Assembly (NCBI GenBank): GCA_041937175.2
Contig: CP166615.1
Location: 3,488,001 to 3,552,000 of the forward strand
Source of the DNA: Limnothrix sp. BL-A-16
GTDB lineage: Bacteria; Cyanobacteriota; Cyanobacteriia; CACIAM-69d
Reading direction: 5' to 3'
Length of the DNA stretch: 64,000 nucleotides
Each line of letters starts with the position of its first letter. Position 1 is the first letter of the stretch. The notes under the pieces are model-generated. The model worked only from the letters and a program-made list of their open reading frames with translations, ran no database searches and had not been told where the DNA came from. Below are positions 1 through 11,259 of this stretch, one piece after another. A program made the position numbers and the translations under genes.

Positions 1-3
1 GTC

Positions 4-9
4 TATAAT
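4..9 (+). promoter_or_regulatory. Putative -10 box (TATAAT) of psaAB, giving a ~200-nt 5' UTR
   Basis: Perfect TATAAT at 4-9; AGGAG RBS just before the psaA ATG at 218. Confidence 0.5.
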
Positions 10-217
10 CTTCAAGAGAGAAGCCACCCCGGTCGTTCACTGCGAGCTAGATGCGACGGGAATTCCAGGCAATCTGGTTGTGATGCGTGTCTTGATCCCT
101 GCCATCCAAGCTGCGATCAACACCATCGCTAACCCGCTGTAATCCCCTGCTTGGGGCGCTGCGAAGGCCAGCCGGGTGGATAGTCCTCGTTTCCTGTCTT
201 GAGAGAGGAGAATCTCG

Positions 218-2476
218 ATGACGATTAGCCCTCCAGAGCGAGAGGCAAAAGTCAAGGTCTCGGTTGATAAGAATCCGGTTCCGACTTCTTTCGAGAAGTG
301 GGGCAAGCCGGGTCACTTTGATCGAACTTTGGCTCGGGGTCCCAAGACGACGACTTGGATCTGGAACCTCCACGCTGACGCTCACGATTTTGATAGCCAT
401 ACCAGCGACTTAGAAGACGTTTCGCGCAAAATTTTTAGCGCTCACTTCGGCCACTTGGCCGTGGTTTTCGTTTGGTTGAGCGGCATGTACTTCCATGGTG
501 CACGCTTCTCGAACTACGAAGCCTGGTTGAGCGACCCGACTCATATCAAACCCAGCGCCCAAGTGGTTTGGCCGATTGTGGGCCAAGAAATCCTCAATGG
601 CGACGTGGGCGGTGGATTCCACGGTATTCAAATCACCTCCGGTCTCTTCCAAATGTGGCGGGCCGCCGGTTTCACCAATGGCGATCAACTCTATGTGACC
701 GCGATCGGTGGGCTGGTGATGGCTGCCCTGATGCTGTTTGCTGGCTGGTTCCACTACCACAAGGCAGCACCCAAGCTGGAATGGTTCCAAAATGTCGAAT
801 CGGCAATGAACCACCACCTGGCAGGTTTGCTGGGCTTGGGCTGCTTGAGCTGGGCTGGTCACCAAATCCACGTTTCTCTGCCCATCAACCACCTGCTGGA
901 TTCGGGTGTGGCGCTGAAGGATATTCCGCTGCCCCATGAATTCATCCAAAACAAGGACTTGATGGCGGAGATCTACCCGAGCTTTGCTCAGGGTCTGACC
1001 CCCTTCTTCACGCTGAACTGGGGCGCTTACGCCGATTTCCTCACCTTCAAGGGCGGTCTGAACCCCGTCACGGGTGGTCTGTGGCTGTCGGATACGGCTC
1101 ACCACCACTTGGCTTTGGCGGTGCTCTTCATCGTTTCTGGTCACATGTACCGCACGAACTGGGGCATTGGTCATTCCATGAAGGAAATCCTGGAAGCCCA
1201 CAAGGGCCCTTACACCGGCCAAGGCCACAAGGGTCTCTACGAAATCTTCAATACCTCGTGGCACGCACAACTGGCCGTTAACTTGGCTGTGTTGGGTTCG
1301 CTGACGATCGTGATCGCGCACCACATGTACGCGATGCCTCCTTACCCCTACATTGCGACGGATTACCCGACGCAGATCTCGCTGTTCACCCACCACATGT
1401 GGATTGGCGCGTTCTGCATCGTGGGTGCTGGCGCTCACGCTGCGATCTTCATGGTTCGTGACTACGATCCGGCGAAGAACGTTGATAACTTGCTCGATCG
1501 CGTGATTCGTCACCGCGATGCGATCATCTCGCACCTGAACTGGGTGTGCATTTTCCTGGGCTTCCACAGCTTCGGTCTGTACATCCACAACGACACGATG
1601 CGTGCTTTGGGTCGCCCCCAAGACATGTTCTCGGATACCGGTATTCAGTTGCAGCCGGTGTTTGCGCAGTGGGTGCAAAACCTGCATGCCCTTGCGCCTG
1701 GTAACACGGCTCCTAATGCCTTGGAAATCGTCAGCCACGCTTTTGGCGGCGGCATCGTGGCGGTGGGTGGCAAGGTGGCAATGATGCCGATCACCCTGGG
1801 TACGGCGGACTTCATGGTTCACCATATCCACGCCTTCACGATTCACGTGACGGCGCTGATTCTCCTGAAGGGCGTGCTGTATGCGCGTTCGTCTCGCTTG
1901 ATCCCCGATAAGGCGAACTTGGGCTTCCGGTTCCCTTGCGATGGTCCGGGTCGTGGCGGTACTTGCCAAGTGTCCGGTTGGGATCACGTGTTCCTCGGTC
2001 TGTTCTGGATGTATAACTCGCTGTCGATCGTGATCTTCCACTTCTCCTGGAAGATGCAGTCGGATGTGTGGGGCACGGTGAACCCTGATGGGTCGGTGGC
2101 TCACATCACGGCGGGTAACTTCGCTCAAAGCGCCATTACCATTAATGGTTGGCTGCGTGACTTCCTGTGGGCACAAGCTTCGCAGGTGATCACCTCCTAC
2201 GGTTCGGCTTTGTCGGCCTATGGTCTGCTGTTCCTGGGTGCTCACTTTGTGTGGGCGTTCAGCCTGATGTTCCTGTTCAGCGGTCGCGGCTACTGGCAAG
2301 AACTGATTGAGTCGATCGTGTGGGCGCACAACAAGCTGAAGGTGGCTCCGGCAATCCAACCCCGTGCTCTGAGCATCACTCAGGGTCGTGCGGTGGGTGT
2401 TGCTCACTACCTGCTTGGCGGCATTGTGACCACTTGGTCGTTCTTCCTGGCTCGAATTATTTCGGTCAGCGGCTAA
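218..2476 (+). CDS. psaA: Photosystem I P700 apoprotein A1
   Basis: MTISPPERE start, [14 protein letters not shown] motif, 752 aa. Confidence 0.99.
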   Translation: MTISPPEREAKVKVSVDKNPVPTSFEKWGKPGHFDRTLARGPKTTTWIWNLHADAHDFDSHTSDLEDVSRKIFSAHFGHLAVVFVWLSGMYFHGARFSNYEAWLSDPTHIKPSAQVVWPIVGQEILNGDVGGGFHGIQITSGLFQMWRAAGFTNGDQLYVTAIGGLVMAALMLFAGWFHYHKAAPKLEWFQNVESAMNHHLAGLLGLGCLSWAGHQIHVSLPINHLLDSGVALKDIPLPHEFIQNKDLMAEIYPSFAQGLTPFFTLNWGAYADFLTFKGGLNPVTGGLWLSDTAHHHLALAVLFIVSGHMYRTNWGIGHSMKEILEAHKGPYTGQGHKGLYEIFNTSWHAQLAVNLAVLGSLTIVIAHHMYAMPPYPYIATDYPTQISLFTHHMWIGAFCIVGAGAHAAIFMVRDYDPAKNVDNLLDRVIRHRDAIISHLNWVCIFLGFHSFGLYIHNDTMRALGRPQDMFSDTGIQLQPVFAQWVQNLHALAPGNTAPNALEIVSHAFGGGIVAVGGKVAMMPITLGTADFMVHHIHAFTIHVTALILLKGVLYARSSRLIPDKANLGFRFPCDGPGRGGTCQVSGWDHVFLGLFWMYNSLSIVIFHFSWKMQSDVWGTVNPDGSVAHITAGNFAQSAITINGWLRDFLWAQASQVITSYGSALSAYGLLFLGAHFVWAFSLMFLFSGRGYWQELIESIVWAHNKLKVAPAIQPRALSITQGRAVGVAHYLLGGIVTTWSFFLARIISVSG

Positions 2477-2550
2477 TCCCTTTAGCCCCGGATTGCATCT
2501 GAGGTCGAGACGCGACTTCGGCAACGAGGATTAAGACAAAAACAGGACTT

Positions 2551-4764
2551 ATGGCAACCAAATTCCCAAAATTTAGCCAGGATCTCGCCGCTGATCCCAC
2601 GACGCGGCGGATCTGGTACGGGATTGCCACAGCCCACGACTTTGAAAGCCACGATGGCATGACGGAAGAAAATCTTTATCAAAAGATTTTCGCGTCGCAC
2701 TTCGGTCACCTGGCAATCATCTTCCTGTGGACTTCGGGCAACCTGTTCCATGTGGCCTGGCAAGGCAACTTTGAGCAGTGGGTGAAAGATCCCCTGAACG
2801 TCCGTCCGATCGCCCACGCAATTTGGGATCCGCACTTCGGCCAAGCGGCTGTGGATGCGTTCACCCAAGGTGGTGCTTCGGGCCCCGTGAACATTGCGTT
2901 CTCTGGCGTTTACCACTGGTGGTACACGATCGGGATGCGCACCGTGGGCGACCTGTACCAAGGCGCTGTGTTCCTGCTGGTGTTGGCGGCTTTGATGCTG
3001 TTTGCCGGCTGGCTGCACTTGCAACCCAAGTTCCGCCCCAGCCTCTCCTGGTTTAAGAACGCAGAATCGCGTCTGAACCACCACTTGGCGGGTCTGTTCG
3101 GCGTGTCGTCGCTGGCTTGGACGGGTCACTTGGTGCACGTGGCGATTCCCGAATCGCGCGGCGTGCATGTGGGTTGGGATAACTTCCTGTCGGTGGCTCC
3201 TCACCCGGCTGGTTTGGCTCCCTTCTTCACCGGTAACTGGGGCGTTTATGCCGAGAACCCCGATACGGCTGGCCATGTGTTTGGCACGGCTCAAGGGGCT
3301 GGCTCCGCAATTTTGACCTTCCTGGGCGGTTTCCACCCCCAAACGGAATCCCTGTGGCTGACGGATATTGCCCATCACCATCTGGCGATCGCGGTGATCT
3401 TCATCGTTGCTGGTCACATGTACCGGACCAACTTTGGTATCGGGCACAGCATCAAGGAAATCTTGGAAGCGCACAAGCCGCCTTCGGGCAAGCTGGGCGA
3501 CGCTCACAAGGGTCTGTTTGATACGCTGAACAACTCGCTGCACTTCCAACTGGCTCTGGCCCTGGCTTCGCTGGGTGTTGTGACCTCGTTGGTGGCTCAG
3601 CACATGTATTCGATGCCGTCGTATGCCTTCATTGCGAAGGACTTCACGACCCAGGCTGCCCTGTTTACTCACCACGAGTACATTGCTGGCTTCCTGATGG
3701 TGGGTGCGTTTGCCCACGGCGCAATCTTCCTGGTGCGTGATTACGATCCCGCCCAGAACAAGAACAACGTGCTCGATCGCGTGCTCCAGCATAAAGAAGC
3801 GATCATCTCGCACCTGAGCTGGGTCTCGCTGTTCCTGGGTTTCCACACCCTGGGTCTGTACGTTCACAACGATGTGGTTGTGGCATTCGGTACGCCTGAG
3901 AAGCAAATCCTGATCGAACCCGTTTTCGCTCAATGGATTCAAGCGGCTCACGGCAAACTGCTCTACGGCTTCGATACGCTGCTGTCGAACCCCGATAGCT
4001 TGGCGGCGACGGCTTGGCCGAACCATGGCGATGTGTGGCTGCCCGGTTGGTTGGAAGCCATCAACAGCAACGCTAACTCGCTGTTCCTGACGATCGGCCC
4101 TGGCGACTTCCTGGTTCACCATGCGATCGCTCTGGGTCTGCACACCACCACCTTGATCCTGGTGAAGGGTGCTTTGGATGCCCGTGGCTCCAAGCTGATG
4201 CCCGACAAGAAGGACTTTGGTTACAGCTTCCCTTGCGACGGTCCCGGCCGTGGCGGTACTTGCGACATCTCGGCTTGGGATGCGTTCTACCTGGCCATGT
4301 TCTGGATGCTGAACACGATCGGCTGGATCACCTTCTACTGGCACTGGAAGCACCTGTGCGTGTGGCAAGGCAATGTGGCTCAATTCAATGAGTCCTCGAC
4401 TTACCTGATGGGCTGGTTCCGCGATTACCTGTGGCTAAATTCGTCGCAGTTGATCAACGGCTACAACCCCTATGGCATGAATAACCTCGCTGTTTGGGCT
4501 TGGATGTTCCTGTTCGGTCACCTGATCTGGGCAACGGGCTTCATGTTCCTGATTAGCTGGCGTGGTTACTGGCAAGAATTGATCGAAACCCTGGTTTGGG
4601 CGCATGAGCGCACCCCGCTGGCGAACCTGGTTCGTTGGAAGGACAAGCCGGTGGCCCTGTCGATCGTGCAAGCTCGCTTGGTTGGTTTGGCCCACTTCAC
4701 CGTTGGCTACTTCGTGACCTACGCAGCCTTCTTGATCGCCTCAACTTCGAGCAAGTTCGGCTAA
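2551..4764 (+). CDS. psaB: Photosystem I P700 apoprotein A2
   Basis: [13 protein letters not shown] start, [18 protein letters not shown]. Confidence 0.99.
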   Translation: MATKFPKFSQDLAADPTTRRIWYGIATAHDFESHDGMTEENLYQKIFASHFGHLAIIFLWTSGNLFHVAWQGNFEQWVKDPLNVRPIAHAIWDPHFGQAAVDAFTQGGASGPVNIAFSGVYHWWYTIGMRTVGDLYQGAVFLLVLAALMLFAGWLHLQPKFRPSLSWFKNAESRLNHHLAGLFGVSSLAWTGHLVHVAIPESRGVHVGWDNFLSVAPHPAGLAPFFTGNWGVYAENPDTAGHVFGTAQGAGSAILTFLGGFHPQTESLWLTDIAHHHLAIAVIFIVAGHMYRTNFGIGHSIKEILEAHKPPSGKLGDAHKGLFDTLNNSLHFQLALALASLGVVTSLVAQHMYSMPSYAFIAKDFTTQAALFTHHEYIAGFLMVGAFAHGAIFLVRDYDPAQNKNNVLDRVLQHKEAIISHLSWVSLFLGFHTLGLYVHNDVVVAFGTPEKQILIEPVFAQWIQAAHGKLLYGFDTLLSNPDSLAATAWPNHGDVWLPGWLEAINSNANSLFLTIGPGDFLVHHAIALGLHTTTLILVKGALDARGSKLMPDKKDFGYSFPCDGPGRGGTCDISAWDAFYLAMFWMLNTIGWITFYWHWKHLCVWQGNVAQFNESSTYLMGWFRDYLWLNSSQLINGYNPYGMNNLAVWAWMFLFGHLIWATGFMFLISWRGYWQELIETLVWAHERTPLANLVRWKDKPVALSIVQARLVGLAHFTVGYFVTYAAFLIASTSSKFG

Positions 4765-4786
4765 ATCTGATTGCCTCCTAGGTAAC

Positions 4787-4830
4787 TAGCAAAAATCCCC
4801 CGGTCTCGTTGAGATTGGGGGATTTTGCTA
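4787..4830 (+). terminator. psaAB terminator hairpin
   Basis: TAGCAAAAATCCCC...GGGGATTTTGCTA inverted repeat just after the psaB stop. Confidence 0.8.
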
Positions 4831-4979
4831 TTGAAGAATGGGGCGATCGATTCAATTCAATCGATTGAGATTCCACTGGCTCGCTTGGTAGGGCGCTGCA
4901 ATCTCTGGAGACCGAGGGCGATCGATTCAGCATCGCTTGAATGACGCAAGTCCCCATTAATTCAACGGGAGACCCATGC

Positions 4980-5019
4980 AAAAGCGGGGCGCACAGGTTG
5001 CCCTGCCTTCGCCCCGCTT
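4980..5019 (-). terminator. Terminator of the hlyD operon
   Basis: AAGCGGGGCG...CGCCCCGCTT stem, followed by T-run on the minus strand. Confidence 0.7.
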
Positions 5020-5056
5020 ACTATTGCAGTTCTGAGTGGTTGAAAGAGAATGGAGT

Positions 5057-6595
5057 TTAGCGCACCGTCTCGAAGCTGTCGGCACGTGATTTGAATTGAC
5101 CCAGGAAGATATCCAAAACCGATCGCTTGCGGGTCTTGATCCGCGCCGAAACTGACATCCCGGCTTGAATCTTTAACTCCAAGCCCCGATTGGTTTTCAG
5201 GGTTTGCCGTTCCAGCTCAATCCGAATGGGAAACGTATAGGTGGGGCGCTCTTGGGTGGGTGCCAGAGCATCCGACCCGATCGAGACTAGTTTCCCCTTA
5301 ATGCTGCCAAATTCTAGGGAAGGGAACGTGTCCACACTCACCTCCACCGGCATTCCCACTTCCACGAACCCAATGTCCTTGTTGGTCACATAGACCGATG
5401 CCACCAACTCGCCATCGGGCACGATACTCAGCATGGGTTCCGTGGGGCTAGCCACATAGCCCGGGCCGCTGGCCTTGATATCAAAAACCGTGCCCGCAAT
5501 CGGGGCGCGTAGCTCCTGATAGCGTACCGCTTGCTCTGCTTTCACCAATTGGCTTTGCACTTGGGCAAGCTGACCAACCACGCTGGCATCCTGGCGACGG
5601 TTATCCAGACGGGACTTCGCCAATTGGGTGTCGATATCGGCGATCGCCCGATCGTTGTCCGCAATCCGGTTTTCCAAATCCGCCGCCCAACTGGTTTGGG
5701 TGGTGCGAATTTCCGCCAACTGCGTCCCAATTTCCGCCTGCTTCGTTTGAATGGAAGCCATCAGGCGAGCTTCTTGCTCATTCAAACTGGCGATTTGCCC
5801 CTCCAGGGTCGCCACCGCATCAGCATTCGACAGCACGGCCTGCTGTTGGTTCTTGAATTGCAGTCGGGCAACGGCCCCTTCTTCAACCAGGGGCTGCAAA
5901 TCAGCGATGATTCCCTCATTGATATTCAGGCGCTCTTGGGCTTGCCCCAGTCGAATTTGGATGGCCCGGCGTTGGGCGCGGGTGTTGGCCACGTCACTGC
6001 GTAATTCGTTGATTTGCGAGTTCAGTTCCGACACGCGTGATTGCAGTTGTGACAGTCGAGAAGCTTGGGCTGCTCGATTTTCTGCCAAACGACCGGCTTG
6101 GCCGGCCGGAGCCGCGCGATCGCCCCGCAGCAGCGCCCGCAGGTAGATATTTTCCGCCACCCGCACAGCTCGATTGCGTTGAAGGTCAATGATACTAGCC
6201 TGGCCCTCGCGGGTTAAGCCCAAGCCAGCGGCCTCCGCTCGAATCAGTTGCTTTTGGCGCTCGAGTGAGTCCTGGTTGGCCTTCAGGGATTGCACATCCG
6301 CCGCCTGCCCCGTGGGGTCAAAGGTGGCGAGCAATTGGCCCTTTTCGACCCGTTCGCCGTCTTTGACCACAATTTCCCGCACCACCCCACCGGCCGGTGC
6401 TTTGATCGGCTTTGTGGAATCCTTAGGCTGCAACTTACCGGCCGCCGGAACGGACTGGTCAATCTGGGCCACTGCGGCCCAAGTGATGCCGCCGACCACA
6501 AAGGTCACAATCAACCAAATAAATCCACTGGCGAGCAATGCCGGCCGTTGTAGCAAGACCGGTTGCTCTTCCCGTTCGATAAAGGCCTTTAGCAT
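5057..6595 (-). CDS. HlyD-family type I secretion membrane fusion protein
   Basis: N-terminal TM, lipoyl-like GGVVREIVVKDGERVEKGQ, long coiled coil, ELRAPIAGTV, beta-barrel C-terminus. Confidence 0.93.
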   Translation of the reverse strand: MLKAFIEREEQPVLLQRPALLASGFIWLIVTFVVGGITWAAVAQIDQSVPAAGKLQPKDSTKPIKAPAGGVVREIVVKDGERVEKGQLLATFDPTGQAADVQSLKANQDSLERQKQLIRAEAAGLGLTREGQASIIDLQRNRAVRVAENIYLRALLRGDRAAPAGQAGRLAENRAAQASRLSQLQSRVSELNSQINELRSDVANTRAQRRAIQIRLGQAQERLNINEGIIADLQPLVEEGAVARLQFKNQQQAVLSNADAVATLEGQIASLNEQEARLMASIQTKQAEIGTQLAEIRTTQTSWAADLENRIADNDRAIADIDTQLAKSRLDNRRQDASVVGQLAQVQSQLVKAEQAVRYQELRAPIAGTVFDIKASGPGYVASPTEPMLSIVPDGELVASVYVTNKDIGFVEVGMPVEVSVDTFPSLEFGSIKGKLVSIGSDALAPTQERPTYTFPIRIELERQTLKTNRGLELKIQAGMSVSARIKTRKRSVLDIFLGQFKSRADSFETVR

Positions 6596-6666
6596 TGAGT
6601 TTCACCAAATTGCAGACTGAAAGGATTGACGGGTCACAAACAAACGGGGTTAGGACTGGGGAAGTG

Positions 6667-9600
6667 CTAGCTAAACGACCCTTCCTGTTGTTGGAACAGA
6701 CAATAGTAGCGACCCTTCATGGCCATCAATTCCTCGTGGGTTCCCTGTTCAACCACTGCCCCCTTATCCATCAGGATGATGGAGTCTGCGTTCAGAACCG
6801 TGTTCAAGCGGTGGGTAATGAAGAACACCGTGCGGTTTCGGAACTCAACGGCCAGGTTATTACAAACCTGTCGTTCTGAGTTGTAGTCCAGGGCGCTGGT
6901 GGCTTCGTCCAAAATCAGGAGCTTGGGTTGTTGCAGAACGGTACGGGCGATCGCAATCCGCTGCCGTTGTCCCCCAGAAAGACCGGTTCCCCGTTCCCCA
7001 ACCACGGTGTTGTAGCCGTTGGGCAACTGCATGATGAAGTCGTGGGCGGCGGCCACCTTGGCGGCGTGAATTACTTCCTCGGTGGTGGCATCCGGGTTCG
7101 CCAGCATGATGTTTTCTTGCACCGTGCCCGTAAACAGGAGGGTGTCTTGTAGCACCATCCCAATTTGTCGGCGCAGGGAGTAGAGTTCCACTTTGCTGAT
7201 GTCGTAGCCATCAATTTGGATGTAGCCAGCGGTGGGATCGTATAGCCGCTGTAGAAGTTTCATCAGGGTGGATTTCCCGGAACCGGATTCCCCCACAATG
7301 CCCACAAAAGTGCCCGGGGCAAAGTCTAGATTGACGTTGGCCAACTGCAAGGGGCCCGTTTCTGCAAAGCGGAAGGAGAGATCGGAGAACTTGACGGAGC
7401 CGACCAATTCCGGCATGGGAATGTTGTCGCGATCGGCATCGCTGGACTCCGGTTGGCTGTCAACAATATCCGCCAGACGTTCCACGGAAATTGAAATTTC
7501 CTGCACCTGTTGCCAAGCACCCACCAGGCTGAGGAGGGAACCCGTGACGTTTCCGGCCAGGATTTTGAAGGCGATCAATTGCCCCAGGGTGATTTGGTTG
7601 CCAATCACCAAATAGGCCCCCGCCCAAAGCAGGGCTAGGGTAGACAGGCTGTTCAGGAAGGAGGTGGCCCCCCCGATCGTGGTGCCGGTCATGATCGTTT
7701 TGAAGTTCGCCTGGATCATGCGGGCGTAGCGCTCTTGCCACTGCCACAGCACCTTGGTTTCGATGTTTTGGGCCTTGACGGTTTGGGCCCCGGAAATCAC
7801 TTCCACCATGTAGGAGTCCACGTCAGCGCGGCGTTCCGCTTGGCGACGAATCAGTTGGCGGATGATCGGGGCAGCGAAGACGATAATCCCGCCCAAGATG
7901 GGTACAACCGCCAAGGCTACCAAGGTAAGCAGCCAACTGTAGACCACCATCACCACGATGTAGATCACCGAGAAGATGGCGTTCAGGAAAACGGTCAGGG
8001 CCGTACCGGTCAGGAAGTTCCGAATGCTGTCGCGCTCATTGACCCGACCCGCCAGTTCACCCACCCGGCGCACGTCAAAGTAGCCCAGGGGCAAGCGCAT
8101 CAGGTGGCTAATGATGGCGGAACCGACGTTCATGTCGATCCGGTTCATGGCATCGACAAACAGGTAAGTCCGCAGGATGTTGAGGATCCCTTCAAAGACA
8201 GCCACACCCAACATGAAGAAGCCGAGGGCATCCATGGTTTCGATGCTGCCTTGGCCCAACACTTTGTCGATGATCACCTGGGTGATGATCGGCTGCACCA
8301 ACCCGAAGGTTTGAACGAAGAAGGACGCGACGACGACTTCGATCAGGGCGCGTTTGTAGGGCAGGATCCAGGGAACGAACCAACTGAGACCGAATTTTTC
8401 CGGCAGTTCTTCGACGGGGGCTTCGAGAAGCAACACCATGCCGCTTTCGCCCCAGCTTTCTAGGAACTGCTGGGGGGTCTTGCGCATCACGCCTTCTTCG
8501 GGGGTGGCCAGGATGATGCGGGTTTCGGAAATGTCGTAGATGACGGCGAAGCTATCTTTCCAGGGGGTGAGGGCGGGTGCTTTCAGCCGATTGATTAGGA
8601 CACCGGAAATTTGGATCAGTTGGGGCCGAAAGCCAATGGTTTGGGCGATCGCCCCGCAAACCTGCATGGAAATTTGCCCGGTGGCCCGCAGTTGATCTTC
8701 CAGGAGCCGCCGAATTCGGTCTTTGCGGAATTGCAACCCGGGCACGAATTCATTCAGCATCTGGAAGCAGGCCAGGGTGCCGTTGACGGGCCCCCGCCCC
8801 CGCACATGGGGATAGGTGGCGGGCTGGGTTAGTAGGGCTTCTCGGGGGAGTTCGGGCGGTTTTTCGGGGGCGAAGGGAATTTCGGGAACGGGAACCGGAG
8901 CTGCGGCCACGGGTGCTGGTTCGGTGACGGGGGCCGCATTGCCGGTGACGATATCAACGGGCGGTGGAGGCGGGGCGATCGCGGCTTCGGTTTGGGGGGT
9001 GCGCTGCCGGAGCCAGTCTTGGGTGAACCCCACGACGCGGGCCGCATGGCCGCCGGTAATGCTAACGGAGCCGCTGCCGGCCCATTGCAGTCGATCACCC
9101 GCGATCAGTTTGCCGCTGACGGTTTCCGCTTGGCCACCGCTCAGGAGCCAGACAAGTTGCGGATCGATCAGCCGCTCAAGGGTGGCCTCATCGACAATCC
9201 CTTCGGGGATGCCCATCACCTGCACTTCATCGAGCATTCGCAGGGTGATGTCTTTTAGGTTGCCGCGCCGATCGGCTTGGCGCTGAAGCTCCTGGCTGAG
9301 CAAACTGAAGAGTTCACAGAGGTTGCAACGCGACTCCCAGGCCTGACGGAAAGTAGCCTCTTCGGCCATCACGGTCAGAAAATCGGCGGCAGGAATGCTG
9401 ATGCAGGTGGTTTCGGTGGAGGCGATCGCCGTTTCGCAGGCCACGCCTCGCAACAGCCCAGCCCAACCGAGAATTTCGCCGGGAGTGGCTAGTTTGAGGC
9501 TGACGGGCCGTTGCGATCGCTCGTCAAACCCCAGAACCCGCACTTGCCCTTGGAACAACACCAGGACTTGGGCCGGCAGGGTTTGGCGATCGAGCAAGGG

Positions 9601-9732
9601 TTGCCCCACCCGGTAGCGCAGTAGCTGGGCCCCCTGGAGTAAGCGTTCCAAACTGGCGGAGCTGAGGCGACTGAACGGATCGATCTCCGCCAGAAACACT
9701 TGAATGGGCTGATGGCTAGCAGCTTGAGTCAT
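6667..9732 (-). CDS. HlyB-type type I secretion ABC transporter (cNMP-binding + C39-like + TM + ATPase)
   Basis: Walker A GESGSGKS, LSGGQRQR, LILDEATSALD; start moved to MTQAASH (ATG 9732, GGAG upstream). Confidence 0.92.
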   Translation of the reverse strand: MTQAASHQPIQVFLAEIDPFSRLSSASLERLLQGAQLLRYRVGQPLLDRQTLPAQVLVLFQGQVRVLGFDERSQRPVSLKLATPGEILGWAGLLRGVACETAIASTETTCISIPAADFLTVMAEEATFRQAWESRCNLCELFSLLSQELQRQADRRGNLKDITLRMLDEVQVMGIPEGIVDEATLERLIDPQLVWLLSGGQAETVSGKLIAGDRLQWAGSGSVSITGGHAARVVGFTQDWLRQRTPQTEAAIAPPPPPVDIVTGNAAPVTEPAPVAAAPVPVPEIPFAPEKPPELPREALLTQPATYPHVRGRGPVNGTLACFQMLNEFVPGLQFRKDRIRRLLEDQLRATGQISMQVCGAIAQTIGFRPQLIQISGVLINRLKAPALTPWKDSFAVIYDISETRIILATPEEGVMRKTPQQFLESWGESGMVLLLEAPVEELPEKFGLSWFVPWILPYKRALIEVVVASFFVQTFGLVQPIITQVIIDKVLGQGSIETMDALGFFMLGVAVFEGILNILRTYLFVDAMNRIDMNVGSAIISHLMRLPLGYFDVRRVGELAGRVNERDSIRNFLTGTALTVFLNAIFSVIYIVVMVVYSWLLTLVALAVVPILGGIIVFAAPIIRQLIRRQAERRADVDSYMVEVISGAQTVKAQNIETKVLWQWQERYARMIQANFKTIMTGTTIGGATSFLNSLSTLALLWAGAYLVIGNQITLGQLIAFKILAGNVTGSLLSLVGAWQQVQEISISVERLADIVDSQPESSDADRDNIPMPELVGSVKFSDLSFRFAETGPLQLANVNLDFAPGTFVGIVGESGSGKSTLMKLLQRLYDPTAGYIQIDGYDISKVELYSLRRQIGMVLQDTLLFTGTVQENIMLANPDATTEEVIHAAKVAAAHDFIMQLPNGYNTVVGERGTGLSGGQRQRIAIARTVLQQPKLLILDEATSALDYNSERQVCNNLAVEFRNRTVFFITHRLNTVLNADSIILMDKGAVVEQGTHEELMAMKGRYYCLFQQQEGSFS

Positions 9733-9955
9733 AACTCCAGGCACGGGCAAAGACGGGTCAAAGCAGTCAGGCGAGGCGATCGGGATTGGGAGGCGATCGG
9801 GGTTGGGAGCCAAATCAGCGCATGGGTTCACGGCTGGCTAACGGTTTCGCAAATTATGGATCGTTTTTATGGATCATTTGCCGAATCAAGCTTGGCCCAA
9901 TGGGTTGACCCAATTAACCGTAGCGGGCGATCGCCCTGGCTCACCCCGATCGCCC

Positions 9956-10708
9956 TCAGCTTCCCGAGTCGGAAGCGGCCCAAAGTAACTGGGGCGAACC
10001 GAGGGCTTGAATTTGTTCGCGCATCCAGTTTTCAAACATTTCATCGATCATTTGTCGGCGCATGGCTTCATCAAGCTGCGACGGCAAAAACTGTTCCAGC
10101 CGCACAATAATAAACCATTCCACTAGGGCGCGCGGGGGCCACAATTGACCCGGTTGGCTCACTTCCAACATGCGGGCAATGAAGGGGTGCGGTTGATTCA
10201 AAGGCACGGGCCCCAAAAGACCATTGGTTTGGGCTTCTGGGCCTTGGGAATAGGTGCGAGCCATGTCTGCAAAGGAAGACTCGCCCTCTTCAATGCGGTA
10301 ATAAATTTCCTGAGCCAGCCCTTCATCCTGCACGCGAATCAGAGAGTAGACCACCTTATCTAGGCGGCTCTTTTGACTGACAAAATAGTTTTCTACCTTG
10401 CGCCCAAACTGGATCTCTTTGAACTTTTCCAGCCGCATGGGCCGGATGGCCAGTTCTTCAAGCCCTTCGATGGAAAGGTTGTTTTCCTGCATCCAACGGG
10501 CAATGTCTGCTTCTTCAATAATCCGATGTTGCTTCCGAAAGTTGATGATGGCCTGTTGCCGTTCTTCTTCGGTAAATTCCACATCGGCGATCGCTCGATC
10601 AATCACCAACCCACGCAAGAATTGCGGCATCAGGTGATAGCGACTGAGCAGCGAGAGCATCTCGTGTGCTTGGATAACATTCGGACCAATTTGGAAGAGA
10701 CCTGCCAT
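9956..10708 (-). CDS. PpiC-type peptidyl-prolyl isomerase associated with T1SS
   Basis: VYSLIRV...SFADMARTYSQGPEAQTNGLLGP rotamase-like region; position upstream of HlyB. Confidence 0.88.
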   Translation of the reverse strand: MAGLFQIGPNVIQAHEMLSLLSRYHLMPQFLRGLVIDRAIADVEFTEEERQQAIINFRKQHRIIEEADIARWMQENNLSIEGLEELAIRPMRLEKFKEIQFGRKVENYFVSQKSRLDKVVYSLIRVQDEGLAQEIYYRIEEGESSFADMARTYSQGPEAQTNGLLGPVPLNQPHPFIARMLEVSQPGQLWPPRALVEWFIIVRLEQFLPSQLDEAMRRQMIDEMFENWMREQIQALGSPQLLWAASDSGS

Positions 10709-11259
10709 GGTGAATTGATTTGCAGCGATTGCAGGTAAAACGAACGAAAAATATAAACGAAGCGTTAACGACTCATGGGCGATCGGCCAATGGACTTAGC
10801 CAGTCATCCATTAACCATATAAGTCGCGATCGGACAATCATCACAGGGTTTGTGTGGCACTTGGGGGTGCGCATCAGTTTTGTGTTTGGGTTGCCCTGTC
10901 AGTTAAGCCGCTCATTCAATCGTGGCTGAATGGGTTGGAGCATGAATCTTCCAAAGAATACCATCGCGCCTGGAATCAAGCCGGATAGGTTGTTGCGTTG
11001 GAACAACGGGTGCTCAATGCCTTGGGGACAGGACAGAGGGGACAAAAGCCTTGGCCAGAATGCATTGGAGCGCGGGGACAGATTTAGATCATGAATTTGA
11101 TCACCTCAATCACAAGGACGAACTAAGGGTGTGGACGCAGGGCCGCCGGGGGAGGTTCCGTTGATGGAAAGTGGCGGCTGTGGCTTGTGTCGGGCGATCG
11201 GGCGCGATAGCCTAGGGCGGTGATCTGTTCACCCAATCGCTCGCCATCTTCCTGTTCCG

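Noticed and set aside
410..4383. Long antisense ORFs (704 and 633 aa) opposite psaA/psaB
   Set aside because: Shadow frames produced by codon bias; no protein motifs. The same applies to antisense ORFs over pnp, ilvD, recQ and bioU.
218..4764. Far-red (FaRLiP) psaA/psaB paralogues
   Set aside because: Sequences look canonical and no rfpABC, apc or psb paralogue cluster is adjacent.
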